A DNA stretch of 64,000 nucleotides from Acidobacteriaceae bacterium (GCA_027452245.1 DAIDGW010000017.1:18483-82482); one strand, 5' to 3'; positions 37,405 through 46,329 are shown, counted from the first letter of the stretch. Notes: generated by a model from the letters alone, not told the origin. Numbers and translations are program-made.

Positions 37405-38814
37405 TTACCCACCTCGAGCGCGATCTTCTAGGCGGGCGATGGAATGTTTTGTCACTTTGTATCCCATGTCACTGCGCGACAGCCCCAGCATCCGCGCTGC
37501 TTCTGCCTGTACGCCATTCGCTTGCTCCAATGCTCTCTCGATCAGGGCTTTTTCGAAAGATGTCAGCAATTCGCGAAGTTGCACTACCGGTGGAAGGCTG
37601 CGAATCCATTGGCGCATTTCTAGCTTCTTTGTGGAGGGCACAGTTGAATCCGCAGAACTCAATGGCAGTTCCTCCGGGAAAATGGCTTCTCCCGGCCCTA
37701 AAATGTGTGCCCGCTCCAGAAGGTTACGCAGTTCTCGTATGTTCCCGGGAAATGCATACTCCATGATCTTCTGTAGACCCTCCGGGCTCATGTGCTTCGG
37801 CCGGATTTTCAAATCCTTGGCGATCTGCGTAGAGAGTACCTCGCATAAACCCGGAATATCTTCTTTTCGTTCGCGTAATGCGGGAATATGAATCGGGACG
37901 ACCGCCAGCCGATAATAGAGATCCTGGCGAAACAGTCCTTGCTGCACCCGTTCCTCGAGATTGCGATGTGTGGCAACCAGGACCCGTACATCTACAGTGC
38001 GGGCCTGCGTTGATCCTACCCGCACTACCTGACCATCCACCAGAACCCGAAGCAACTTGGCTTGGGCCGCAAGGGACATCTCTCCGGCTTCGTCTAGAAA
38101 AAGAGTGCCACCGTGCGCTGCCTCGAACAAACCTTGCCGGGCCCGATCTGCTCCGGTGAAAGCTCCGCGTTCGTGTCCGAAGAGCTCACTCTCAAGAAGA
38201 GTTTCCGTGAATGCAGCACAATTTACCGCGATCAGGGGCTTGTTGGCCCTCCGGCTGTTCCGATGAATAGCCCGTGCCACTAATTCTTTCCCTGTACCCG
38301 TTTCTCCTACGATGAGGACGGTTGCCTCGGTAGGGGCTACGCGCGCGATCTGTTCGCGTACAGCCTTTATCTCTGGACTATTCCCGAAGATGGTGTCAGT
38401 ACCGAACAGGCTGCCAACGGTTGATTTAAGTAATTGATTTTCGCGGAGTAGACTTGTCCGTTCACAGGCGCGCCGTACAGTTGCTCTTACGACTTCCGGG
38501 TTGAACGGCTTCGCAATAAAATCGAAAGCTCCTTGCCGCATACTCTCGACTGCAAGCTCAATGGTAGGCACGGCGGTAAGGAAGATTACCGCCACTGATT
38601 GGTCGCTCTCGTGGGCAATCGATAGGATTTTCAGCCCGTCTCCATCCGGCATTTTCTGGTCGGTGACCACGACGTCGTAATCGCGCTGGTTCAAAAGGGG
38701 GATCGCCGCTGTAACTCCGTCCGCTTCCTCGACCAGATGTCCGTCCAGCCGAAGATCCGAACTTAGAACGCGCCGTAGGTTAGGTTCGTCGTCGACGATC
38801 AGCAGTCTACCCAT
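37405..38814 (-). CDS. sigma-54-dependent response regulator (NtrC/AtoC family)
   Basis: REC 'LLIVDDEPNL...VVVTDQKMPDGDG'. AAA+ domain with 'GETGTGKE', 'ESELFGH' and 'GAFTGA'. Fis HTH 'NGVQAEAARMLGLSRSDMGYKV'. Its start overlaps the upstream kinase gene by 8 nt. Confidence 0.9.
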   Translation of the reverse strand: MGRLLIVDDEPNLRRVLSSDLRLDGHLVEEADGVTAAIPLLNQRDYDVVVTDQKMPDGDGLKILSIAHESDQSVAVIFLTAVPTIELAVESMRQGAFDFIAKPFNPEVVRATVRRACERTSLLRENQLLKSTVGSLFGTDTIFGNSPEIKAVREQIARVAPTEATVLIVGETGTGKELVARAIHRNSRRANKPLIAVNCAAFTETLLESELFGHERGAFTGADRARQGLFEAAHGGTLFLDEAGEMSLAAQAKLLRVLVDGQVVRVGSTQARTVDVRVLVATHRNLEERVQQGLFRQDLYYRLAVVPIHIPALRERKEDIPGLCEVLSTQIAKDLKIRPKHMSPEGLQKIMEYAFPGNIRELRNLLERAHILGPGEAIFPEELPLSSADSTVPSTKKLEMRQWIRSLPPVVQLRELLTSFEKALIERALEQANGVQAEAARMLGLSRSDMGYKVTKHSIARLEDRARGG

Positions 38815-40141
38815 GGTTGCTTGCTCCCTTATCGACGCGATTAGTGTCGGAAACCGTCATTGAAAAACAAACATGCCCGAGTTCATTGCGAGCCACCACA
38901 AGATCACCGCCATGTGCCCGTGCGATATTTCTCGAAATTGCCAGTCCCAGACCGGTGCCGTGCGGTTTTGTCGTGTAAAACGGTTCGAATATTCTGGACA
39001 GAGCCTCGCTTGAGATAGGAATGCCGGTATTTTCCACTTGAATTTCCACATTGTTATCTGAAAGACGGTGGCTCCTGATCGCGACCCTCCCGCCCGGGGG
39101 CGTAGCATCAAGAGCGTTCAGCAGCAGATTAAGCAAGGCACTTTGGATCTGCCCCCGATCCACATCGGCGCATTGGCCGTTTTCACTTTCGATGTCGATC
39201 CTTATGCCTCTGTTCACCCCTTGGACGTTCCCGATCTCTGCAACGTAACCCAGGATTTCAGAAAGGTCGATCCGGCTCCGCGCAGGATGATTTGGTCGAG
39301 CGTAGGAAAGGAAATCTGTCGTGAGCTTCTCCAGTCGCGCGGCCTCGCTCCGTGCGATGGAATACATTTCCCTCCTGTGTTGTTCCCCCGCTTCCGGACG
39401 ATCTGCTGTTACCAGCGAACTTGCAATGATGGCCACGGGATTCCTGATTTCGTGAGCTACCGCGCTGGATAGACGTCCGACTGCCGCGAGCCTTTCCTCG
39501 ACCACCAGCCTTTCTTTTGTGCTCTCCAATTCGTCAAGACTATGCACCAGCCGCTGCTGATCCCTGCGGAGTTGATTGACAAGCAACCAGACCAAAAGCC
39601 CCATAAGTGCATACACAAGAGAGATGACTCCCGCCTCAAGGTACTCGACCGCATAGGTTGCAGGGTGAAATTGCGCAAAATGCCACACCCAGAAAAAGGT
39701 CATGGAATCCGACACAATAATTACACCGATGCAGGTAGGAAGCCGAAACCGATAAGCGGCCTGCAAGACAGGCAATGCCAGAAGAACAAAGTATGGACTG
39801 TCCCCACGATCCGTCAGAAAAGCTAATAAGATGGCCAAACCAATATTTAGTGAGAGCGAACTCCAAACCAGCGCGTCTGCCAGGGATTCGCTAAGTGAGC
39901 GCACCACAGTCCAGAGCCATAGCAATTCGAGCATCTTTAACAAAAATGCAATGCCGAGCGTCAACAGTAAGGCAGGTGAGGGTTCGCCGAGCAGGGATGC
40001 GAACAAAGCGTGAAGCACTAGCAGCGCGCCCAAAACGAAAAGGTTCAGAGTCGCAAAAGCTATCTGCTGGTCTCTAAATGACTCGAAGTCGAACCGTGCT
40101 AACCCGGGAATCTCTTTCGATTGTGGTTTATCCGGCGTCAC
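38807..40141 (-). CDS. membrane sensor histidine kinase
   Basis: N-terminal ~190 aa with about 6 hydrophobic helices. H-box 'SSAVAHEIRNPV' and ATPase boxes 'LLNLLLNALDAT', 'ENTGIPI' and 'GTGLGLAIS'. Confidence 0.85.
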   Translation of the reverse strand: MTPDKPQSKEIPGLARFDFESFRDQQIAFATLNLFVLGALLVLHALFASLLGEPSPALLLTLGIAFLLKMLELLWLWTVVRSLSESLADALVWSSLSLNIGLAILLAFLTDRGDSPYFVLLALPVLQAAYRFRLPTCIGVIIVSDSMTFFWVWHFAQFHPATYAVEYLEAGVISLVYALMGLLVWLLVNQLRRDQQRLVHSLDELESTKERLVVEERLAAVGRLSSAVAHEIRNPVAIIASSLVTADRPEAGEQHRREMYSIARSEAARLEKLTTDFLSYARPNHPARSRIDLSEILGYVAEIGNVQGVNRGIRIDIESENGQCADVDRGQIQSALLNLLLNALDATPPGGRVAIRSHRLSDNNVEIQVENTGIPISSEALSRIFEPFYTTKPHGTGLGLAISRNIARAHGGDLVVARNELGHVCFSMTVSDTNRVDKGASNHG

Positions 40142-40235
40142 TGACGATTACAGTACTCCTTCGCCATCGAGTCAAGCCAAACAAGACTGTTACAAAAATG
40201 GCGGTCACTGGGCGTGGCCGCCAAATCGCACCATA

Positions 40236-41030
40236 TTAGCCGATTCTTACCTTTGACTGAACCATCCTTACCCCCGCCCCAATCGCCACGAACAGAAAGC
40301 CCAGCGCTCCCGACAAGGGCACGAGACTCGCAGTCTTGGGCAGTTCTGGTAAAGTCGGCTCCTGAACGGCAGCGGTAATGGTCGGAACCTCCTTTTTCTC
40401 TTCATAGAGCATAGGTCCTTCAAACGCGACATCTGGCCGAGGCGGCGCTTGGCCAGTTATCACCGTGTGCATCGTGGCCGATTGCACGGGCTCAATCGTC
40501 AATACAGTTGCTGAAACGTTCATTCCTTTTTTCAGCTCGAATACTGTTTTGTCTTCACCTCCGATGTGGAACACTGTCCCATCCGGTACGGTATATGACT
40601 TGTTCTTACCTCCAGGAAAGGCCAAGATCACATGCGGTCCATTGACGTGCCATACCTTTCCATTCACCGTTCTGAGCGTACGGACCTCTTTGGGGGTAGT
40701 AACCGTGTGTATCTCCTGGGACAGCCTGGTACCCGGTGTCAACTCATGCGCTGTCAAATCCTTCCCATCAACCTGGAACCTGGCATCCTCGCCCAAATTC
40801 AATAGCTCGAATTTGCCGCTTTCCAATTCCACGACGATCTCATGCCCCGACACGTGGATGACTTCCGCATTCTGAACGTGAGTTGGTTGAACTGCATGCG
40901 CCGGCTCTCCCAGTATCTTTGTGGTCGGCGGATGGCTTATATCCTGTGCGGCAGCGATCCCAGTCATGGCGCAAAAAAATGCCAATGTGACAAACGCCAA
41001 GCCGATTGTTTGTTGCCTGCTCTGCTTCAT
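40236..41030 (-). CDS. exported sortase-substrate candidate (C-terminal LPKTA sorting signal)
   Basis: ATG 41030 follows an AGGAGG and overlaps the sortase stop (ATGA). Signal peptide 'IGLAFVTLAFFCAMTGIAAAQ'. The C-terminus is 'LPELPKTAS-LVPLSGALGFLFVAIGAGV-RMVQSKVRIG', i.e. motif + hydrophobic helix + basic tail. The ORF-track start at 41153 lies inside the sortase gene. Confidence 0.75.
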   Translation of the reverse strand: MKQSRQQTIGLAFVTLAFFCAMTGIAAAQDISHPPTTKILGEPAHAVQPTHVQNAEVIHVSGHEIVVELESGKFELLNLGEDARFQVDGKDLTAHELTPGTRLSQEIHTVTTPKEVRTLRTVNGKVWHVNGPHVILAFPGGKNKSYTVPDGTVFHIGGEDKTVFELKKGMNVSATVLTIEPVQSATMHTVITGQAPPRPDVAFEGPMLYEEKKEVPTITAAVQEPTLPELPKTASLVPLSGALGFLFVAIGAGVRMVQSKVRIG

Positions 41031-41764
41031 TGTGTCCTCCTTCCTTGTGAGAATGATTTCGTCAGTGCCTCTTCCTGGGCGATCTCTTCCTGCAGAGAGG
41101 CTTCGACGATGTAACGCTTCGGCGCTGGCCCAACAAAATAGAACGGATAACACGTCACCAGCGTGAGCGACGGCTCCGACCTGGGCCGCAATATGCTGAC
41201 GTCCCCCGGGTCCACGATTCGGATACGCTCCACGGCATAAACAGTTTTTTCCGAAATCGTAATCAATTCAATCGGGTCTCCTGCGCGAATATCTCTCAGG
41301 GGACGAAAAAATCCGTCGCGGTGCCCCGCGATCCCGATATTGCCGCTCTGCCCGGGACGTGCCGTTCCGAGAATCCTTCCGACTCCACGGTTTAGCGTGA
41401 ATTCGTCGGTACCCTCCAGCACGGGAGCTTCCAAGTTCAGCCTAGGGATGCGCAATACGGCAAGAGTTCCAGAAAGCTTGCTGGACTTGGCTAGGCCCGA
41501 ATTACGGCTTTGCCCTGACGAGGAGGAGTGGTTTGCTTTCGGAATCTGATAGACGTTAGCGGAATAATTCTCCTCCTCGTACACCTCTTCACCTTCGCTC
41601 ATGTTCGCGGCAGACCTCAGGACATCACCGTGAATGCTCCTCAGCGCTGCCCGGGACATTACGAACCGATGAACATGGGCCAATGCAAATATCATCAGCA
41701 TCAGCAAGCCTGCCGTGAGCAGTCCACGTTCTACGACTCGTAATCCATTGCCCTTCGCTTTCAT
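41027..41764 (-). CDS. sortase-family transpeptidase
   Basis: N-terminal membrane anchor 'GLLTAGLLMLMIFALAHV'. Catalytic-type motifs 'IGIAGHRDGFF' (His), 'LTLVTCYP' (TLxTC Cys) and 'KRYIVEA' (Arg). Confidence 0.85.
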   Translation of the reverse strand: MKAKGNGLRVVERGLLTAGLLMLMIFALAHVHRFVMSRAALRSIHGDVLRSAANMSEGEEVYEEENYSANVYQIPKANHSSSSGQSRNSGLAKSSKLSGTLAVLRIPRLNLEAPVLEGTDEFTLNRGVGRILGTARPGQSGNIGIAGHRDGFFRPLRDIRAGDPIELITISEKTVYAVERIRIVDPGDVSILRPRSEPSLTLVTCYPFYFVGPAPKRYIVEASLQEEIAQEEALTKSFSQGRRTQ

Positions 41765-41769
41765 ATGCC

Positions 41770-42321
41770 TTAGTCCCTGTCGCGCTCTTTCTCGGCCGGC
41801 AAGGATGCATTGGCATCAACCGGCGTCGGCGCTACCATCGCCCGAACACCGAACTCATGTACGAGACGGCCTCCGTGGTGCGCGGTATTGACCAGCAGTA
41901 GAATGCCAACGCTGTACAACACCAGAAACGCCAGAGGCAAGATGGTCGTGGTGAGCCGAGTGTCCGCCCTTTTGGCTAACCACGGAGTCCCCACTAGCGC
42001 CACAAATATGACGGACAGCACGCTGAACACGATACGAGTACGCTCCGCCAGCGATTCGTGGTGCTCGAGCACCTGTTCCATGCCAGGTGCTCTCTCCGCC
42101 AGTCTGCCGGCGGCCTCGCCAGTTTCCACCGCAACCAACGTTGCCGCCGTCCCCGCAAGCAACAAAACCATCGCCGCGATCAGGTACGATCGGCCTTTCT
42201 CTGGCGACATCGCTGCTCCAACTGCTATGAAGACCGGAACAGTCAATAGGAGTGCGATCGGGAAGTGAATGATCAGAGGATGCAGAGCATCCCAAGTCGG
42301 AATTGGTGGAAACTCAAGCAT
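41770..42321 (-). CDS. DUF2231-like integral membrane protein
   Basis: 183 aa with 4 predicted helices. The N-terminal 'ALHPLIIHFPIALLL' matches the DUF2231 signature as I recall it. It lies 5 nt upstream of the sortase gene. Confidence 0.6.
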   Translation of the reverse strand: MLEFPPIPTWDALHPLIIHFPIALLLTVPVFIAVGAAMSPEKGRSYLIAAMVLLLAGTAATLVAVETGEAAGRLAERAPGMEQVLEHHESLAERTRIVFSVLSVIFVALVGTPWLAKRADTRLTTTILPLAFLVLYSVGILLLVNTAHHGGRLVHEFGVRAMVAPTPVDANASLPAEKERDRD

Positions 42322-42372
42322 ACGGGCTCCTCACTGCGAAGCAAGGCCGCCTTTAAATGGCGGCCTCGATCG

Positions 42373-42987
42373 CTAGCTCACTTTTTGGTATTTCTCTTTA
42401 TCATTGAAACACGACGGACATTTTGAAAAATCAATGCGCGCGGTCGTGTATCCGCAAATTGAACAGACGTAATAATCCTTCGCTTTTGATCCTTGGCTTT
42501 GTGCGAGATTGTTCAGCGCCTCGGAATACAGCTTCGCGTGCTCGGCCTCTGCCGTCTTTGCGTAGTTGAATGTCTGAACCGCATCCCGATTTCCCTCCGC
42601 GCGAGCTTGCTTAAGGAATTCTGGATACATGGTATCGCGCTCGTAAGACTCTCCTTTGATGGCGGCTTCAAGGTTGTCTTTCGTCGAACCGACGACCGCG
42701 GGCTCCATCTTCGCTTCGGGAGTTCCTCCCAGCTTCTTGATTACCACTGCGTGGTTTGCGGCATGAACCTCTTCCGCTTTGGCGGCCGCGCGAAACAAGC
42801 TCGCGACCTCACCATAGCCTTCGGTATCGGCCTTTTCCGCGAATGCAAGGTAGCGCGCATGAGCGTTGCTTTCGCCATTGAAGGCGGCCTGTAGATTTTC
42901 CAGGCTCGTCTGGGCTGCGTTAGCAACGCTTGTCAGGGCTGCCAGAGCGAGTACAACTACGATTACACCAGCGGCAACTTTCTTCAT
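42373..42987 (-). CDS. rubrerythrin with N-terminal signal-peptide-like segment
   Basis: ATG 42987 lies 8 nt after GGAGAG. 'MKKVAAGVIVVVLALAALTSVANA|AQ' looks like a Sec signal. Ferritin-like di-iron motifs 'ESNAHARYLAFA' and 'EAEHAKLY'. C-terminal rubredoxin-like 'CSICGY...CPSC'. The ORF-track start at 43146 adds 53 unlikely residues. Confidence 0.85.
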   Translation of the reverse strand: MKKVAAGVIVVVLALAALTSVANAAQTSLENLQAAFNGESNAHARYLAFAEKADTEGYGEVASLFRAAAKAEEVHAANHAVVIKKLGGTPEAKMEPAVVGSTKDNLEAAIKGESYERDTMYPEFLKQARAEGNRDAVQTFNYAKTAEAEHAKLYSEALNNLAQSQGSKAKDYYVCSICGYTTARIDFSKCPSCFNDKEKYQKVS

Positions 42988-43219
42988 ATCGAACACTCTC
43001 CAGTTTCGGTGAATGGCGGCCCCTAGGTACTGGGCGCCATCTTCAGTGTGATCTGCGCACGAAGCCTGCCAGCCTTCCCTCCTCCTATGTTGCAGATAAT
43101 AATGGCCGCTGCTCCGTGCTTCACGAAGACCGCCAGCATATGTCAAAGACCTCGGACAATGGCGTCAAAGGCTTGCGACGGACATGGCTACCGTCCATGA
43201 CCGCCTGCGACATCACATA

Positions 43220-46072
43220 TCAGAATGAGAATCGAACTTGGAAGTCTAGGGTACGATTGGCGGACGCGCTGCCGTGGCCGTTGCCATGGAGAGACGTGGA
43301 CTGGCCGAATAGCGGAGAGCTGAGATTGCCAACTGGCGTGTCGAGATTGACGCGATTAAGCAAGTTGCGAGCCGCCACAGAAAGCGTGAACGTATATTTT
43401 TGATCGCTCGTCCCTGCATCATGCTCGTGATGTCCGCTATGTCCTGGACCATGACCGGCCTGGAGATCCTGCCCGTTTGCTTTGGAGCCGGCAATATGAG
43501 CCCCGAAACCAAATGACTTGGACACGCGAAGGTTTACAGCGAACATTCCTGGACTCGATCCAAAATTTCGCGGAACGATGATTTGCCCCGCTTCGGGATG
43601 CCTGTCGAAAGCTCCCCACCTGGTTCGAATTACGGTTGGGCGGTTCAGATCCCGGGCCCACGCCGGCCGATCACTAAAGATGGAGTCGCCATTCAAATCC
43701 TCGCCAGTTGTGATATTGAACGGCGCACCGGAGTGGGCAACCATGAATGGACTGAATGTGAACCCGAATGGCGCAATAATCGTACCGCTGATAAAGGTGC
43801 GATGCCCGACATCGAATCCCGCACGGCTGAACTCTAAACTTGAATCGTAGGGATTTCCCGGGAAGGTCTCAGGACCATCCGTATCGCTCATCGCACTTCC
43901 CCACGCATAATATCCTTGCAATATAAACCTCTTGCTCATCCGCGCGTTCACATTTGCGATCAACTGATTCTGCAGAAACCGACCGTTCGATTGATAGGCG
44001 TAGATATTCCCGCCTGGGAAAGGCCTGACTCCACTGCCAGGCCGCGCCGGGTCATAAGTCCCCGGCAGAAAGGCGTTGATATTTTGAGATCGTAGGCTGC
44101 CTACTCCCACCGAGTTGGTATAAGTGCCGCTTAGCGTCAGCCGGTCGAAGAACTGCCGTTCCAACGTGAGAGCAAGCTGACGAGTGTAGGGCGCCCGCAG
44201 CTCGGTTCCAAGTATTCTCAGTGCCTGTTGCTGCGCGAAGCCCGACAGTTCGCCTATGTTCGGAACCGTGGGATAGAAATCTGGACTGGAAATGACAAAC
44301 TCCTGCTGCGATACACCGTTTAGGCGCTTCGTATCCAGCACCAGCGCTTCGCGAATTCGATCATAGAAGAGCCCGAACCCGGCACGGACAATCATGATTG
44401 GTTGTTGCGCCCCGGTGGTTCGCGGGGCCCAGGCAATTCCCAGGCGCGGCGCCCAACTGCGCCAGTCATTAATATTGTTTTGTATTTCGAAGCGAAGGCC
44501 GGCGCTCAGAGTTAGATCGTTCCGCCAACGCCAGTCATCTTGCACGAACCATCCAGTATCTACCTGGGTAATTTCTGCTACAGGATTGCCGGAAGCCAAT
44601 CGGAATTGGCTGGCTCCTCCACCGGTAGCCCGGATCTGGGCCGGACAGAGGCCGCTGCGTAGACCGGCTTCCGTAATGCGGTAGGCATCAAGAGTCGTGA
44701 ATCTGTAAACCCCGTTGTAGTTCTCCATCGAGCGGCTACTCTCACCGATAATTCGGAGGCGTGCACCCATCTTCAAACTGTGCCGCCCTCGAATGAGGGT
44801 CAGGGCATCGTGAAGTTCAAACCGGTTTTCGGTCAGGCCCGATAACCCCATCGTTGAACCCCCTGCCACGAATGCCTCGGAGACCTCCACCGTAGGAGCC
44901 GAATTCAATCCATGCAGCACATCGTGGCTGCGCCTGTACTGGAAGCGGATTTCGTGAAGAACACTTGGGCTAAGAATGGCAGCTTCGGTGACCTGCAACA
45001 GATGCTCTCGTTCATCGCTGTTGTAGGCATTCGAAGGCAGAGAAAAAGAATCGAGGCCGGCGTTCGTCTCTGTGTGCTTCTCCCATTCGTAACGTCCTGT
45101 GAATGTATGGTTCTGGTTCAGTTGGTAGTCAACGCGAGCGCTAATCTCGCTGTTGGCAGTGGGATTAAGGATGGAATCCCGGTAGGTCACTGGGTTAAGG
45201 TTCGAGTCCAACATGAGTGCATTGATCACAGCAGTTTGTCCGATATTCCGCTGCTCGAATTGAAGCGTGAACGATGAATTGCGGGTTAACGGACCCGTCA
45301 CTGTTCCTTCAAAAACGCGACGCTGAAAGTCCGGCTTCTCCACAGCAAAAGGATTCTGCGCATAGAACATAGAATCCCCAAAGTTGAATCTCCCTTCGCC
45401 GTGAAGCGCTGCGGCTCCGGGCTTGGTCAGAATTTCGATGCGGCCGAACCCGATCCGATCGTATTCGGCAGAGAATGGATTCTGGTTGACACGAATCTCA
45501 CGAATTGACGACTTAGGCGGAAGTTTGCCCCCAGAAAATCCATCCACATACAGTTCTCCTCCATCTGGACCGGCAGAGGGCCCCGCCAGTGCCATCAGAT
45601 CATCCGTCAAATCCTCAGGGTCGTCGGCGAGACTCTCCAGACTTGAGCCACTGAGCGTGATCGCACTGGCATTTGTCGTTGGTTCTGTATCCGGCGCCGA
45701 CCTTTCACTAACACGTACTTGCTCGGCTACGACTTCCATTTCAAGCCGGAAATCGCGTCTCAAAGTTCGTTCGGAGACAACTCGCAGCGTGGGCTCCGCG
45801 GAGTTTTGAAATCCCACAGCGCTCACTTCAACCCGATATTCGCCTGGAACGAGGATGAGGATGTAGATGCCAGCCGCATCTGAAATTGAAATTCTCACCA
45901 CACCAGTGGAATCGATTGCTGAGACCTTGGCATTGGGGATAACCGCCCCCGTGGGATCGGAAACCACACCTGATATTGTCCCCGCTTTCTCTTCGCCAGC
46001 CAGCCGTGGCAACACAAATGAGGATAAAAGAAGGGCCAACGCGAGGAAGCAAATACGAGGGAGATGCATCAT
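43220..46072 (-). CDS. TonB-dependent receptor with N-terminal carboxypeptidase-regulatory-like domain
   Basis: 950 aa. Signal peptide, CarboxypepD_reg-type 'ISGVVSDPTGAVIPNAKVSA...AGIYILILVPGEYRVEVSAVGF', a plug/barrel-length body, and a C-terminal 'LDFQVRFSF' with terminal Phe. Confidence 0.9.
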   Translation of the reverse strand: MMHLPRICFLALALLLSSFVLPRLAGEEKAGTISGVVSDPTGAVIPNAKVSAIDSTGVVRISISDAAGIYILILVPGEYRVEVSAVGFQNSAEPTLRVVSERTLRRDFRLEMEVVAEQVRVSERSAPDTEPTTNASAITLSGSSLESLADDPEDLTDDLMALAGPSAGPDGGELYVDGFSGGKLPPKSSIREIRVNQNPFSAEYDRIGFGRIEILTKPGAAALHGEGRFNFGDSMFYAQNPFAVEKPDFQRRVFEGTVTGPLTRNSSFTLQFEQRNIGQTAVINALMLDSNLNPVTYRDSILNPTANSEISARVDYQLNQNHTFTGRYEWEKHTETNAGLDSFSLPSNAYNSDEREHLLQVTEAAILSPSVLHEIRFQYRRSHDVLHGLNSAPTVEVSEAFVAGGSTMGLSGLTENRFELHDALTLIRGRHSLKMGARLRIIGESSRSMENYNGVYRFTTLDAYRITEAGLRSGLCPAQIRATGGGASQFRLASGNPVAEITQVDTGWFVQDDWRWRNDLTLSAGLRFEIQNNINDWRSWAPRLGIAWAPRTTGAQQPIMIVRAGFGLFYDRIREALVLDTKRLNGVSQQEFVISSPDFYPTVPNIGELSGFAQQQALRILGTELRAPYTRQLALTLERQFFDRLTLSGTYTNSVGVGSLRSQNINAFLPGTYDPARPGSGVRPFPGGNIYAYQSNGRFLQNQLIANVNARMSKRFILQGYYAWGSAMSDTDGPETFPGNPYDSSLEFSRAGFDVGHRTFISGTIIAPFGFTFSPFMVAHSGAPFNITTGEDLNGDSIFSDRPAWARDLNRPTVIRTRWGAFDRHPEAGQIIVPRNFGSSPGMFAVNLRVSKSFGFGAHIAGSKANGQDLQAGHGPGHSGHHEHDAGTSDQKYTFTLSVAARNLLNRVNLDTPVGNLSSPLFGQSTSLHGNGHGSASANRTLDFQVRFSF

Positions 46073-46329
46073 GAGCGCCTCACGGCCGAATCAATTTCTG
46101 GCTCACCTGCTGTCCCGATTCTGCAGAGAAGTCGCAGGTGGCAAGAAGCCGCGTCCATCTGTAGTCGCTCCGCGCTGTCCAGGACGCGCCCATACCACAG
46201 TTCTCGAGCGCGACGCCGGATAGCCTGCTGGGCCCGGCTAACGCGCTTACGCACTTTCTCAGGGTCCCGTTCAAGAATGGCCTCGCGATACAACGTCAGC
46301 CATTTCGTGTTCTCGTCGCCGTCCACCAC
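46069..46329 (-). CDS. small conserved-looking helical protein translationally coupled to the TonB-dependent receptor
   Basis: GTG 46329 lies 8 nt after GGAGGAG (46344-46338). 86 aa, 'LYREAILERDPEKVRKRVSRAQQAIRRRAREL...'. The stop TGA (46071-46069) overlaps the receptor ATG (46072-46070). The ORF-track start at 46482 has no SD. Confidence 0.5.
   Translation of the reverse strand: MVDGDENTKWLTLYREAILERDPEKVRKRVSRAQQAIRRRARELWYGRVLDSAERLQMDAASCHLRLLCRIGTAGEPEIDSAVRRS

Noticed and set aside
40219-40233. Possible sigma-54 promoter between the sortase substrate and the histidine kinase (minus strand TGGTGCGATTTGGCG)
   Set aside because: The GG/GC elements are one nt too close and the -12 element reads TTGGC rather than TTGC. 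Rejected pending a quantitative scan.
43085-43115. Possible sigma-54 promoter upstream of the rubrerythrin/sortase operon (minus strand GGCCATTATTATCTGCA)
   Set aside because: The GG to GC spacing is two nt longer than in the TGGCAC-N5-TTGC consensus, and sigma-54 spacing is strict. It needs a PWM scan before it can be claimed.
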